A stretch of 64,000 nucleotides of DNA from an uncultured Chlamydiae bacterium. Lineage in GTDB: Bacteria > Chlamydiota > Chlamydiia > Chlamydiales > SM23-39. The stretch is from positions 1 to 64,000 of the forward strand of contig CAVSSM010000007.1 in assembly GCA_963730605.1 (NCBI GenBank). Reading direction: 5' to 3'. A program made the position numbers and the translations under genes. The notes under the pieces were generated by a model. That model was not told where the DNA came from, searched no databases, and worked only from the letters and a program-made list of their open reading frames with translations. This document shows, piece by piece, positions 38,434 to 48,900 of the stretch (positions within the stretch are counted from its first letter, which is position 1; each line of letters begins with the position of its first letter).

Positions 38434-40050
38434 ATGATCCACCTCCGCCTCCGCGATTATCAATTCCAATGCCTCGAGGCGATCGCCTCCAATCGCGCCG
38501 CCGGGATCATGCGCCAAATCATCAACTTGCCAACAGCCGCAGGCAAGACAGTGATTTTCGCCTCGCTCATCGCCCAGGCCATCCAGCAAGATCCAACAAT
38601 CCGAGTCCTGATCCTGGCATTTTCGTGCGACCTTCTTAGCCAGGCCCGTGATAAGATCCACATGATTAACTCAAGCCTCGATGTTGGGTTCGTCGACGCC
38701 AGCCATAAGGAATTCGACAGGCAAATCGTGGTCTCCTCCATCCAAAGCGCCCGAATCCCCGGAAACTTGGAGCGATTGCAATCCCAAGGGTTCACGATCT
38801 GCATTGCGGACGAATGCCATCACTTCGCCAGCGATAGCGCACGCCTCGTACTCCGCGAGCTCGGATTCGACGCCGAATGCACTGCACAAGGCCGCTTGTT
38901 AGTCGGATTCTCGGCCACGGCCGCCAGAAACGACGATCGGGGACTCGGAGAGGTGTTCGAGCGTATCGTTTACAGCAAATCAATCAGCGAATTGATTGAC
39001 GGCGGGTATCTTGTGCGGCCGTCCGGCGTCAAGGCAATGACCGATTTGGATCTTGGAAAGGTCCTGTTGGATCAAAGCGGGGACTACTCCGCTGCCAGCC
39101 TGTCTGACGTCATGGACACACCAGAGATGCTAGACCTCGTTGTTCGCTCATTTGAAGAAAAAGGAATGGGCAGGAAGCGGACGATAGCCTTCTGTACTTC
39201 GATTGCCCATTCCGAGCATTTAGCGGCCTGTTTTAGGCGCTCTGGCGTCAACGCCTGCGCGATTCATAGCAACCTGCCAAACAACGAAAGAAAAGCCATC
39301 CTAAAGCGTTTTAGAGACGGCGAGCTGGAAGTTCTGACGAATCCGCTTTTGCTTACGGAAGGGTTCGATTGCCCTGAGATCGACTGCGTCATCGTATCGA
39401 GGCCGACGAAGTCGGTTGGACTGTATACGCAGATGGTTGGGCGTGGGCTTCGTTTGTTCCCCGGCAAGGACGACTGCCTCATCATTGATTTTTGCGATAA
39501 GGCGCACAGTCTTTGCAGCGTGGCAATCCTGACCGGAGACGTTGACCAAGAAAAAATTGAAATCGTCCGGGAAAAACAAATTGAGGAAACTATTGGCAAA
39601 TTGCCTCCTACCCTCAATCAAAAGCTAAAATCCGCTCTTATGGAATTCGACCCAATCGGGAAATCGTTCACCTGGGCGAAAGAATTCGACGGAAGCTATT
39701 CCATGAAAGGCGCCGGGGAAATTTTCCTTAAAATAATTCCTGCTGAGAATTCGAAATACACAGTCATCGTAGAAGGAATTTCCGGTTCGCAAACCCTCTC
39801 GGATGGACTCGATTTTGAATGGGCGTTCAGCACAGCCGAGGATTTTGCCAGGGAAAATAAATCGCGGTTCACGATCTCCGACTTAAACGCGTCTTGGAGA
39901 GATTTGCCGATCAGCGAAAAACAAATGGCCGTGTTCCGATCTTCCGGATTTCGATCTGGGATCGGTGACTTAACGAGGGGCCAGGCATCGCTGATTATCG
40001 GAAGTGGAGTGTTAAAAAAAAGAACTGGAAAGAATCGGAAAAATTGGTAA
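38434..40050 (+). CDS. SF2 DExH helicase (Irc3/RadD-like)
   Basis: LRDYQ, PTAAGKT, DECHH, SAT, TEGFD and QMVGRGLR motifs. Confidence 0.9.
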   Translation: MIHLRLRDYQFQCLEAIASNRAAGIMRQIINLPTAAGKTVIFASLIAQAIQQDPTIRVLILAFSCDLLSQARDKIHMINSSLDVGFVDASHKEFDRQIVVSSIQSARIPGNLERLQSQGFTICIADECHHFASDSARLVLRELGFDAECTAQGRLLVGFSATAARNDDRGLGEVFERIVYSKSISELIDGGYLVRPSGVKAMTDLDLGKVLLDQSGDYSAASLSDVMDTPEMLDLVVRSFEEKGMGRKRTIAFCTSIAHSEHLAACFRRSGVNACAIHSNLPNNERKAILKRFRDGELEVLTNPLLLTEGFDCPEIDCVIVSRPTKSVGLYTQMVGRGLRLFPGKDDCLIIDFCDKAHSLCSVAILTGDVDQEKIEIVREKQIEETIGKLPPTLNQKLKSALMEFDPIGKSFTWAKEFDGSYSMKGAGEIFLKIIPAENSKYTVIVEGISGSQTLSDGLDFEWAFSTAEDFARENKSRFTISDLNASWRDLPISEKQMAVFRSSGFRSGIGDLTRGQASLIIGSGVLKKRTGKNRKNW

Positions 40051-40242
40051 TCGGTTTTTTGCTAAACAAACATTTTTTATTTATACTTACGATTGATTAA
40101 TGTGAGTTCAATATGCCACAAGAATTAGAAGAACAAAAAATCCATAGCCAGCAACCGGATTTTCTCAAAAACCTCGCGCCAGAAGAATGGCGCAGCATTC
40201 TCAATACAATCGACAATACAAGCGAACTTGCGGGAGAACTCT

Positions 40243-40668
40243 ATGCCAGCACGTCGAACTAAACGCCAACCGCATGAAGATCCTGGCGGCCGACCTCAAG
40301 TTTATACCGACACCTGGATCGAAGAAGAGGCGGATCGCCTCCTTGCCTGGATGGAATTGCCTGAGTCTATATTTCTTAAGTCATTCGCAGTGGAGAGAAA
40401 ATATCATCCGAATCGCCTGCAAGAATTCGCTGACAAAAACCAGAAGTTTTCGGGAGTTTTAGAATTAGCTAAGTCTTGGCAAGAATCAAGACTTATTACC
40501 TATTCCCTTTTTAATAAGATCAATTGCGGGATGACTAAGTTTGTTTTGGCGAATCATCACGGTTATTGTGAAAAGACCCAAGTTTCAGGAGACGTGTCCA
40601 ATCCGCTCGCTTTGGCCATGACCAGGGCCGACGGCTCCTCTAAGGCTCTCGTCAATGATGGCAAATGA
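40243..40668 (+). CDS. Terminase small subunit (P22 gp3-like)
   Basis: GGRP..Y N-terminus, F.L.N..G C-terminus; directly upstream of and overlapping TerL. Confidence 0.75.
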   Translation: MPARRTKRQPHEDPGGRPQVYTDTWIEEEADRLLAWMELPESIFLKSFAVERKYHPNRLQEFADKNQKFSGVLELAKSWQESRLITYSLFNKINCGMTKFVLANHHGYCEKTQVSGDVSNPLALAMTRADGSSKALVNDGK

Positions 40669-42208
40669 ACTCGACCACATTATCCTCGATCCGCTTCTGC
40701 GTCTAAACCGTCTTTACTCCATCATTGATAAAGGCGGCCAAAAACAGATATTTCGCCTCAATTGGGCGCAGCGCCAGCTTTACGACTCTATGCACTTTTG
40801 CAATATCATCTTGAAGGCGAGACAGCTGGGCATAAGCACCTTTATCTGCCTCCTCTTCCTCGACAGATGCCTCTTTAATTCGAATTTAGCGGCCGGGATC
40901 ATTTGCCACACACGAGAGGACGCGGAACACATGTTTAAGCGCGTGAAATTCGCCTACGACGCCCTGCCCCAAGCGATTCGCTCCCTTCGCACCGCCACCG
41001 TCGATAGCGCCCGCGAGCTGGTCTTCAGCAACGGGAGCAGTCTCCGCGTCGGCACATCGATGCGCGGATCTACTCTCAACTACCTCCACGTGAGCGAATT
41101 TGGAAAGATCTGTTCGCATTACCCTGAGAAGGCGCGAGAGATCATCACGGGATCGCTCAACACCCTATCCCCAGGGCAATATTGCTTTATCGAAAGCACG
41201 GCCGAGGGCCGGGACGGCCACTTCTTCGAGATGAGCCGCAAGGCCCAGGCCATGCGGGATGCAAAGGAACCTCTCTCCAAGCTCGACTTCCGCTTCCATT
41301 TCTTCCCTTGGTGGCGCTGCCCGGATTATGCCCTCGACCGCCTAATCCCTGTCCCTCCCGAGCTGGCAAAGTATTTCGAGTCTCTTGCCGAGATCGGCAT
41401 CGCGCTGACGCCCCAGCAAAAATCCTGGTACGCAGCCAAGCAATCCGTTCAGCAAGACGATATGCGCAGAGAATTCCCCTCCACGCCAGCCGAGAGCTTC
41501 GAGACGTCCGCACAAGGCGCATACTATGCCCAGCAGCTTGCCACAGCACGGCATCAGGGGCGTATCAGCAACGTGCCCTATGACGAAGATGTTCCGGTTC
41601 ATACGGCATGGGATTTGGGTTATGGCGATTCAACGAGCATCTGGTGGTTTCAAATCGTCGGCAAGGAAATTCACATCCTCGAATATCATGAGGAGAGCCA
41701 GAAGGCATTGACGTATTATCTCAAGCTCGTGAAAAGCAAAGACTATAGCTATGGCAAACATCTGGCTCCCTTCGATATCAGTGTTCATGAGTATTCCAGT
41801 GGGCATTCCAGGCAGGAGCTAGCAGCCAGGCACGGCGTTAACTTTATCCGCGTCCCCGATGTTGGCATCGATGAAGGCATCGACGCCGCGCGGCTCCTGT
41901 TCCCTCGCCTTTGGTTCGATGAAAGGCGGTGCGAGCTGGGCTTAAAAAGCCTCGACAGCTACCGCCGTCAATGGAACGAAAAGCAAGGCTGCTGGGGAGC
42001 AAAGCCCCTCCACAATTTCGCCAGTCATGGCGCCGACGCCTTCCGAATGCTGGCCGTCGGTCTCAATCTGATCGTCGGAGATGGAGAAATGAACGAGGCG
42101 AAGGCTGCTGCGCTTGAGCGAAAGGCAATGTATGGCAAAGAGGGGTTCAATATTGATCTAGAAGAATCCCATCCTCTTTACGCTGGTTACGCCAGACTGA
42201 ATTACTGA
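40655..42208 (+). CDS. Terminase large subunit
   Basis: ILKARQLGIST, LHVSEFG, IESTAEG and nuclease WDLG..D and HGADAFR motifs. Confidence 0.92.
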   Translation: MMANELDHIILDPLLRLNRLYSIIDKGGQKQIFRLNWAQRQLYDSMHFCNIILKARQLGISTFICLLFLDRCLFNSNLAAGIICHTREDAEHMFKRVKFAYDALPQAIRSLRTATVDSARELVFSNGSSLRVGTSMRGSTLNYLHVSEFGKICSHYPEKAREIITGSLNTLSPGQYCFIESTAEGRDGHFFEMSRKAQAMRDAKEPLSKLDFRFHFFPWWRCPDYALDRLIPVPPELAKYFESLAEIGIALTPQQKSWYAAKQSVQQDDMRREFPSTPAESFETSAQGAYYAQQLATARHQGRISNVPYDEDVPVHTAWDLGYGDSTSIWWFQIVGKEIHILEYHEESQKALTYYLKLVKSKDYSYGKHLAPFDISVHEYSSGHSRQELAARHGVNFIRVPDVGIDEGIDAARLLFPRLWFDERRCELGLKSLDSYRRQWNEKQGCWGAKPLHNFASHGADAFRMLAVGLNLIVGDGEMNEAKAAALERKAMYGKEGFNIDLEESHPLYAGYARLNY

Positions 42209-42843
42209 AGTCTTAAATTTACAGCTCTATTGTCATGTACTTGGCGATCGTGCTTTTGGCGGCGGGAAAACTTGGGTAGTCTTAGTCTTGAAAACCAACT
42301 CTGGTGCAAGAAAACCAATCCGGCGATGGAAGTGATAAGTTGTCTGAGTTCCTCAAACTTCACCAGGTTGGGTTCCCTTGAGACGTACGAGCCGGTAGCC
42401 AAATCTTCCAGTAGGTCAATGGAAGCTCTGTAAGCTCGCATTTCATTATTCCTTACGGCGCGCATTCTGGCCTCATGAGCCTTAATAGCCGACTCTAACC
42501 ATTTCAGATGGTCTGCGATTCCGGGTGCCGTTCCGTGCAGCACCATTAACCCTGTTCGCAACTTTTTCACGGAGGCAAATACGTTCTTTTGGAATTCAAA
42601 CTGTTCCCCATCCGGTTTGCTTGCCTTGAAACGCCAAAAAAGGGAATTTATAGACTCCTCTGCAACATCCAATAATTCAAGCACTTTCCAAGAGTTTTCG
42701 TTAGCATTTTCTATGCGCTTCTGACGTAGAAAACGCTGCCAAAAGAAAGGCAGCCCGGTTAGCACCAGCAAAACGCCAATAATCGCGGCGATGTTGGCGC
42801 CAATAGAAAATATTTCGCTCCAAGTCATCGAGGTTTCCATCAT
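42202..42843 (-). CDS. Hypothetical protein with N-terminal transmembrane helix
   Basis: 213-aa ORF coupled to the upstream HTH gene. Confidence 0.6.
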   Translation of the reverse strand: MMETSMTWSEIFSIGANIAAIIGVLLVLTGLPFFWQRFLRQKRIENANENSWKVLELLDVAEESINSLFWRFKASKPDGEQFEFQKNVFASVKKLRTGLMVLHGTAPGIADHLKWLESAIKAHEARMRAVRNNEMRAYRASIDLLEDLATGSYVSREPNLVKFEELRQLITSIAGLVFLHQSWFSRLRLPKFSRRQKHDRQVHDNRAVNLRLQ

Positions 42844-43052
42844 GGGCGCTTGTTTTGCTTGCTTTCACTTAGCCTTTTGCGGATCCAATTTTCTATCGCC
42901 GTCCGCTCGAATTTCCAGTCACGACCCATCTTAAATGCCCGGATCTCTCCGGATTTCACTAATTTATAGAGGGAAAGCCGCTTCGTCTTCAATAGGGCGC
43001 ACGCCTCTTTGGTCGTTAGGATTTCCATTTCAAACATCCAGTATAAGCTCAT
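42840..43052 (-). CDS. Excisionase-like HTH protein
   Basis: LTTKEAC.LL....LYKLV..GEI.AFK.GR.WKF pattern. Confidence 0.85.
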   Translation of the reverse strand: MSLYWMFEMEILTTKEACALLKTKRLSLYKLVKSGEIRAFKMGRDWKFERTAIENWIRKRLSESKQNKRP

Positions 43053-43110
43053 TCATACATTAAAAAACTAATTCGTACAAGACGAAAATTCGCAGCCTCT
43101 CTATGATTTC

Positions 43111-43578
43111 ATGACGAAAACATCACGTCTTCGAAAATACGAAAGCCAACAACGTGAGATCAAGATGAGAGCAAGACATTTATCTATAATTATTTTTACA
43201 ACTTTTTTAAGCGGATGTGCTACCGCATATCAAAAAGAAGGGTTCTTCAATGGAGGATACTCGGAAATAGTAGCGGGACCGGATTCCTTTATTGTGACAT
43301 TTAGAGGAAATTCATCTACATCTAGAGAAAGAGTGTCGAAACTCTCTCTGCTAAGAGCTTCTGAATTGACCCTTCAAAATGGCTACAAGTATTTTGTCAT
43401 TCTTTCCTCATCTGATGCATCTTCCAGAACTAGTGTCTCTACGCCGCTTTACGGCACATATTATACAAGTACATATGAACAACCTGGGAGCAGCATCCGA
43501 ATCAAATGTTTTAAAAAAGATCCAAATCTTACAGAGGCGATTGATGCAAATTACTACTGGGCCGCGAATCACGAATAA
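43111..43578 (+). CDS. Lipoprotein
   Basis: Lipobox LSGC; GYSE..F.V.F.GN and LLRA.ELTL..GY.YF pattern (CC0125-like as recalled); start may be at MRARH. Confidence 0.7.
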   Translation: MTKTSRLRKYESQQREIKMRARHLSIIIFTTFLSGCATAYQKEGFFNGGYSEIVAGPDSFIVTFRGNSSTSRERVSKLSLLRASELTLQNGYKYFVILSSSDASSRTSVSTPLYGTYYTSTYEQPGSSIRIKCFKKDPNLTEAIDANYYWAANHE

Positions 43579-43653
43579 ATGGCCTCAATTCATCAAAACT
43601 CGGCCGGCTGTAGGGCAAGATTGCGGCCTTCCTACTGATTTTCCTAGAAGGCA

Positions 43654-44031
43654 TCAAGCGTGCAATCTTTTTAGATTTGTGTTCTTCGTAACATGAATCG
43701 ATGGAATGACTGCCTTCCCCAAAGTCGGTTTGATCTCAAGATCGCATCCCAGGCAAATCAGATAATTCATTAATCTCTCGATTGTAAATTCTGATAACAG
43801 ACCTCTCACAATCCTTGAAACCTTGGGTTGGTCTACTTTCATTAATTTTGCGGCCTGTGACTGAGTTAATTTTCTCTGTTTAATGATTTTTCTAATCAAT
43901 AATGCAAGGTCAGACTTTGCGTTCGCTTCTTTTGGATGTTTAAAGCCAAAATCTTCAAATATATTGCCCGAGCTAACTTCGTACTCAACTTTCTCGGATA
44001 TAAGTTCTTTAACTTTTCTTTTTCTTCCCAT
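43654..44031 (-). CDS. XRE-family HTH antitoxin (HigA-like)
   Basis: SSGNIFED.G and LTQSQAA.L....QP.VS motifs; downstream of the toxin. Confidence 0.85.
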   Translation of the reverse strand: MGRKRKVKELISEKVEYEVSSGNIFEDFGFKHPKEANAKSDLALLIRKIIKQRKLTQSQAAKLMKVDQPKVSRIVRGLLSEFTIERLMNYLICLGCDLEIKPTLGKAVIPSIHVTKNTNLKRLHA

Positions 44032-44389
44032 ACTGCTCCTTATAAATTTGATCTGCCCATTTGATCCTTTGCTCAATTAATTCTTTATCTTCTTTTGGAA
44101 CTTCTGATCTCTTTTTGCTCTTTTTTTGAAAAATGTGAATCACAAAAACCACTTCCTTATAGCGTACCGTGTACACCTCTCTAAATGTAGAATTACGATA
44201 ATCGCCTACCACTTCAAAAACACCGCTCCCATGATGCCTGTATGACTTTGCATCTTCGTGCGTTTCTCCATTGAGAGCTAGCTTCAAGGCGGTTGAAAAT
44301 AAATCTTTTATCTCTTGCGGCAGCTTCTCAGCATCCTTTTTTGAAGACCCCAGGTAAATAAGGTCTCGGTTCTTTTTAGGGTCGCTCAT
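44009..44389 (-). CDS. RelE/ParE-superfamily (Gp49-like) toxin
   Basis: GSSKKD, GVFEV, R.VYTV and VIHIFQKKS motifs; toxin-first order. Confidence 0.85.
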   Translation of the reverse strand: MSDPKKNRDLIYLGSSKKDAEKLPQEIKDLFSTALKLALNGETHEDAKSYRHHGSGVFEVVGDYRNSTFREVYTVRYKEVVFVIHIFQKKSKKRSEVPKEDKELIEQRIKWADQIYKEQYGKKKKS

Positions 44390-44409
44390 TCCTATTCCTT
44401 ATATTCTAT

Positions 44410-44438
44410 ATTATGCCACTACTAGCATAATTTGTCAA
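44410..44438 (-). promoter_or_regulatory. Promoter of the TA operon with overlapping palindromic operator
   Basis: TTGACA-N17-CATAAT on the minus strand; ATTATGC-N8-GCATAAT at 44410-44431. Confidence 0.72.
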
Positions 44439-44488
44439 TGCTTTGTTGTAAAATTCATGTCGTTTTAATTGGCATAACTGGCTTGTTG

Positions 44489-45046
44489 TCATGGCTTTAA
44501 GTATTGATATACCGTCTCTCTTGTTATCCCGAAATCCTTTGCTATCCTGGTCTTGGATACTCCCAGCCTATTTTTCTCCTTCAGATCGGCCACTTGTGCC
44601 GCCGTGAGCTTTGGCCTTCCTCCTCGATAGAGTCCCTTTGCCTTCGCGATGGCAATCCCTTCCCTTTGCCGCTCCAACATCAGGGATCGCTCGAATTGAG
44701 CGAAAGCTCCCATCATGTCGAGCATTAGCTGGGACATTGGATCGGCTATTCCCTTCGAGAAGGTCAGATTCTCTTTCAGAAACTTCACCACAACGCCCTT
44801 ATCCGTCAGCGTCTTTACCGTGTTTCTCAAATCCCCAAGATTTCTTGCCAACCGATCCAGGCTATGCACCGTCAGCGTGTCGCCGTCTCTTAAAAACTTC
44901 ATCATTTCATCAAACTGCGGACGATCGAGGTCTTTGCCCGAACACTTATCCTCGAACAGGCGATCAAATTCTAAGCCGTCGAGCTGTCTGTCCAGCGTTT
45001 GCGTCGCCATGCTCACTCTTCGATATCCAATATTTTTCCCCAACAC
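44489..45046 (-). CDS. Small serine recombinase (resolvase/invertase)
   Basis: GY.RVS, DRP, SLDRLAR and ERQREGI motifs; C-terminal HTH. Confidence 0.93.
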   Translation of the reverse strand: MLGKNIGYRRVSMATQTLDRQLDGLEFDRLFEDKCSGKDLDRPQFDEMMKFLRDGDTLTVHSLDRLARNLGDLRNTVKTLTDKGVVVKFLKENLTFSKGIADPMSQLMLDMMGAFAQFERSLMLERQREGIAIAKAKGLYRGGRPKLTAAQVADLKEKNRLGVSKTRIAKDFGITRETVYQYLKP

Positions 45047-45262
45047 GAGCTTTCTCCTTTTTGAACGGAGAGAATATAAGATGTGGGCGCAAAAATGTCC
45101 AATGAATGCGAAAACAGACTTTCATCTGACGCATTTTGGATTGTTAGGACAGATCATGGTCTGATCTTACACTGAAAAATGGATCATTTTTTCAAAATCA
45201 ATCTGATTATAAATTTTTATTCTTCTGATATAATCGAATAAGCAACACAAATTAGGTAAATT

Positions 45263-45952
45263 ATGCCTCAGATACAAATCTTGCCATACGTCCCATCTTT
45301 CGGAGAGCAACTCGCTCCAGTTCTAGCCCAAGCCCTCGGCGATGTCGGAAAGGGATTGCTACAACGCTCCGTAAATAAGAGAGATGAGACGATCATCGGC
45401 AAAATGTTTTCTCCAGATCTGACGGATCTCCAAAGAATCGAGCTTTCCTTGAAACTCTCACCAGAGCGCCGGGATTCATTTTACAAGGCTGTTGGCGCAT
45501 CGACCAAGGCAGAACAATTCGGCTACCAAAAATCTAGGGAAAAGCGTCTCGCCCATGCAGATCTTCTTGGCGCTTACGACAAAAAAATTTCTCAGATCAA
45601 CAACGACCTGAAGGAAACTGCGAGTAGGGAAGAGCGCAAGCGGCTTCGGGATCTGAAGGATAATCTCACAAGGGAACAAGCAGCAAACAGAACCCGCCTC
45701 CGGGGCGGAGAGCAGCCCGAATTTAAATATCTCGAAATGCAAGAGGCTCAAGCTCCCGCGCAAGCACCTCAGCCAATCCAACCCCAGACAGCCGCACCCC
45801 AGCCACAAGCCCCCATGACGCAGCCTATGGCACAAAGGATAAAATGGGACCCAAGAAACCCCGATCACATTGCCAGGCGAAATGCGGTACTGAATCAGGT
45901 TGGCAACAATCGCCAAGCTGCCCAACAGATTTTATCTGAGGAATTTGAGTAA
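45263..45952 (+). CDS. Hypothetical Gln/Pro-rich helical protein, possible ejection/internal virion protein
   Basis: TAATG coupling to the 1570-aa gene; function inferred from composition and context only. Confidence 0.6.
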   Translation: MPQIQILPYVPSFGEQLAPVLAQALGDVGKGLLQRSVNKRDETIIGKMFSPDLTDLQRIELSLKLSPERRDSFYKAVGASTKAEQFGYQKSREKRLAHADLLGAYDKKISQINNDLKETASREERKRLRDLKDNLTREQAANRTRLRGGEQPEFKYLEMQEAQAPAQAPQPIQPQTAAPQPQAPMTQPMAQRIKWDPRNPDHIARRNAVLNQVGNNRQAAQQILSEEFE

Positions 45953-48900
45953 TGGCAACGGCTCCAGATTTCTTCTCTGATCTTTCACAAAAACCAGAAG
46001 CGAATAAATTTTTCTCCGACATTCCTCAACAAGCCCCGGTTGTGAAGCCCAAGACGTCGCCAACCATGCAGATGGCTCCTGTGAATTTCTTTGCCGATTT
46101 AGAAGGGCAGCCATCCCTCCAAGATCAGCAAGCAAAGCCTCCCGGTTTTTTAGATAGGCTCGGTCAAGCATTTGCATATCAAATGCAATCTGGAGGACCC
46201 GCCGGCGCACCCTCTCTTTCTCCTGATCAAGCTAAGAAAGTTGCTGCCGAAGCCGGAACTCAAATTGCCATAGGAGAAGCATTCGCCCCATTGAAGATAC
46301 TGGCAACCGCATCGAAATACGCCCCTGGATTCCTTCGCTCCCTCGTCAACATCTCTCAGGCCGGAACCACAGGCGCCGCCATTCCAGCCGTCGAATCGCT
46401 CACGGAGAAAGGGGAATTGCCATCCAAGGGAGAATTGCTCAAACACGGAGCCATTTGGGCGGGGATTGACGCGGCAATCCAACTCACTCATGCCGGCGCT
46501 GAATTCGGTGTGATCGTCAATAAACTCAAAGCTGAAACCGGCCTTCCTACGCGTGAAGTTCTCAACCGCTTATGGCAGGGAGCGAAAAAACATTACGGCT
46601 GGAAGCATCCTCCAACCGATCCTGAAACTGGGGCCGCTATCATCGCCCCAGAGCAGATCGAAGCAATGGCCGATCTTGCTGTGAAAGAGCCGGAGACGAT
46701 CATTGAAGCTACGGTCAAAGAAAAAGGTCCTTCCCCAATACCCGAGCCAAAGGCTGCCCAAGAGCCGAAAGTGCGTGATTTCGAAAATATTGACGATGTT
46801 CGGGCGATGCTTTCAGATACCGACAAGAAAATCAAAGCACTTGAGGCACTAGGGCCCAGAGCTAATGCAAACGATGAAAGATTGCTCAATACACTGAGGA
46901 AAACCCGCCCTGGTTTGGTTGAAGTGTTGAAAGAACTAGAAACTAGAGGCAAGCCGTCCTATCTGGAGCCAGAGCCAGAAAAGTCCGTCACGACCGAAGC
47001 GCCTAAGCCAGTATCCGGCTATGTTCGGAAGCCAGAACCAAAAACCGTTCCAGAAAAGATTGCTCACTTATCGCAGAAGGTGAAAGAGAGCGAAGCCCAT
47101 GTCGAAAACATGCGCGAAGCCATAGATCAGCAAAAACAACTCATCGAAGACCTAAAGAAGAGAGAAAGCCAACTATCTCCCATTTCTTACCTACACCCTA
47201 CCAAAGAACAAAGAGACACCGAGCTGAGGAAAGCGAAAGAAAGAGGCGAGATCAAGGCATCCATCATGGGAGCAAAGGACAATCTGGAACAAAAAAGAGA
47301 TGGCTTGTCCTCTGAGAAAGACTATCTTGCCCAGCTGAAAGCCGGGCTAAGAGACTTAAAAGAAAAAAAAGAGGCATCCCGCTACGAAGTTCCACTGGGA
47401 AGAGGCGGTGCTTTAGAGAAAAAAGTCCGTATAAGGCCAGCCGAGAAGGAATTGGCAGAGAAGCAACCCAGCATCATGGGCAAGAAACAGGCGATCGCCC
47501 GCAGTGAAATTCTCAACCTGTTCCGCAAAGCATTCACCGATCCTATCCGTCTAGGTAAATTCGGACAGCGGGCATCAGGCATCCACAAACTGTGGTCCAG
47601 AGTCACCCGCCTCCTCAAGGACAACGATATCGAGACGGCGGCGCATGAGATCGGACATAACTTGCATACGACCCTATACGGCGGGGATGCCAAAACTCAT
47701 GTCGAACAGAGAGAAAACATCAATGCCGCCCTCCGTCCCTACCTCGACGAGCTGAAACCGCTCGCCCTCTATGAACCTTTTGGCATGGAAGGGTTCGCCG
47801 AGTTCACCCGTCTATATGTCACTAACCCGGACACGGCTCTAAAACTGGCCCCAAAGTTTTACGCCAAGTTCGACGCCGACCTGGAGGCACAATATCCCGA
47901 GCTACGCAACGCTCTTTTGGAAGCGCGAGACTACTACGAGCAGTACTTGCAAGGCACACCAGAATCGCGTATTCGTGCCCAAACCGACTATGGCGACGAT
48001 TCTTCTAAACTCGACAATCTGGTTGATTGGGTGAAATCCAGCCTTGACATGGACAAGCTGAAGACAAACTTCCTAGACGATGTCTTCCCGGCAAAGCGGT
48101 TGGTCGCAGAGGCGTTCGGAATATCCTTGTCCGAGGTTGAGAACCTCAAAGACCCGCGCAACCTCTATCGCTCTCTCCGCGTCCTGAAAGGGGCGATAGG
48201 AAGGGCTGATGTCTTCCTCACTCACGAGACCTTCGATGCCAAGACTCTGAAGCGAAAAGGAAGGGGCCTGCGCCAGATCCTCCGCAAGCTCAAAACTCCC
48301 GAGGAGTACAAGGAATTTAACGATTATTTGATCGCCCGCAGAGTTATGGAAAAAGGAAAACAGAACATCGAGACGGGGATCAACTACGGCGATGCCATCG
48401 TAACGGAAAGGAACCTGGCTCCAAAATATAAGAAACTAGCTGTCCTCCTGGATCATTACAATGATGCGCTCCTCACCTATGCCCGAGATGGTGGGGTTCT
48501 CTCCAATGAGCAGTATGCAGCCATCAAGAAAGCGAACATGATGTATGTCCCATTCCAGCGCGTCATCGAGAAACCAGCTGGGGTAGCGGCAATAGGCGGA
48601 CGGCTGCAAGCCGGAAAGCCGATCAAGCGCATGAAAGGCAGCACGCGGGATATAATTGCCCCTATAGAATCTGTCATCAAGAATACATACGCGATCATCG
48701 TCAACGCCGAGAAGAATCTTTCCGGCCAAGCGCTTGCAGAATTGGCAAAAATGAGAGGAATTGGACGGCTTGTGGAATATGTGCCCGCTCCAATAGAACT
48801 CAAGGCCAAGATTTCGCGGGAAGAAGCGCTCAAGCAGATGGAAGCTCTGCTAAAACAGAGCGGCTGGATTACCGAAGGCGGCGGTGGCTTAGGCGAGGAA

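Noticed and set aside
38096..38437. 113-aa protein-coding gene
   Set aside because: It coincides with the CTAGGGAC iteron cluster; the repeated LGT/ARD peptides are translations of the repeats
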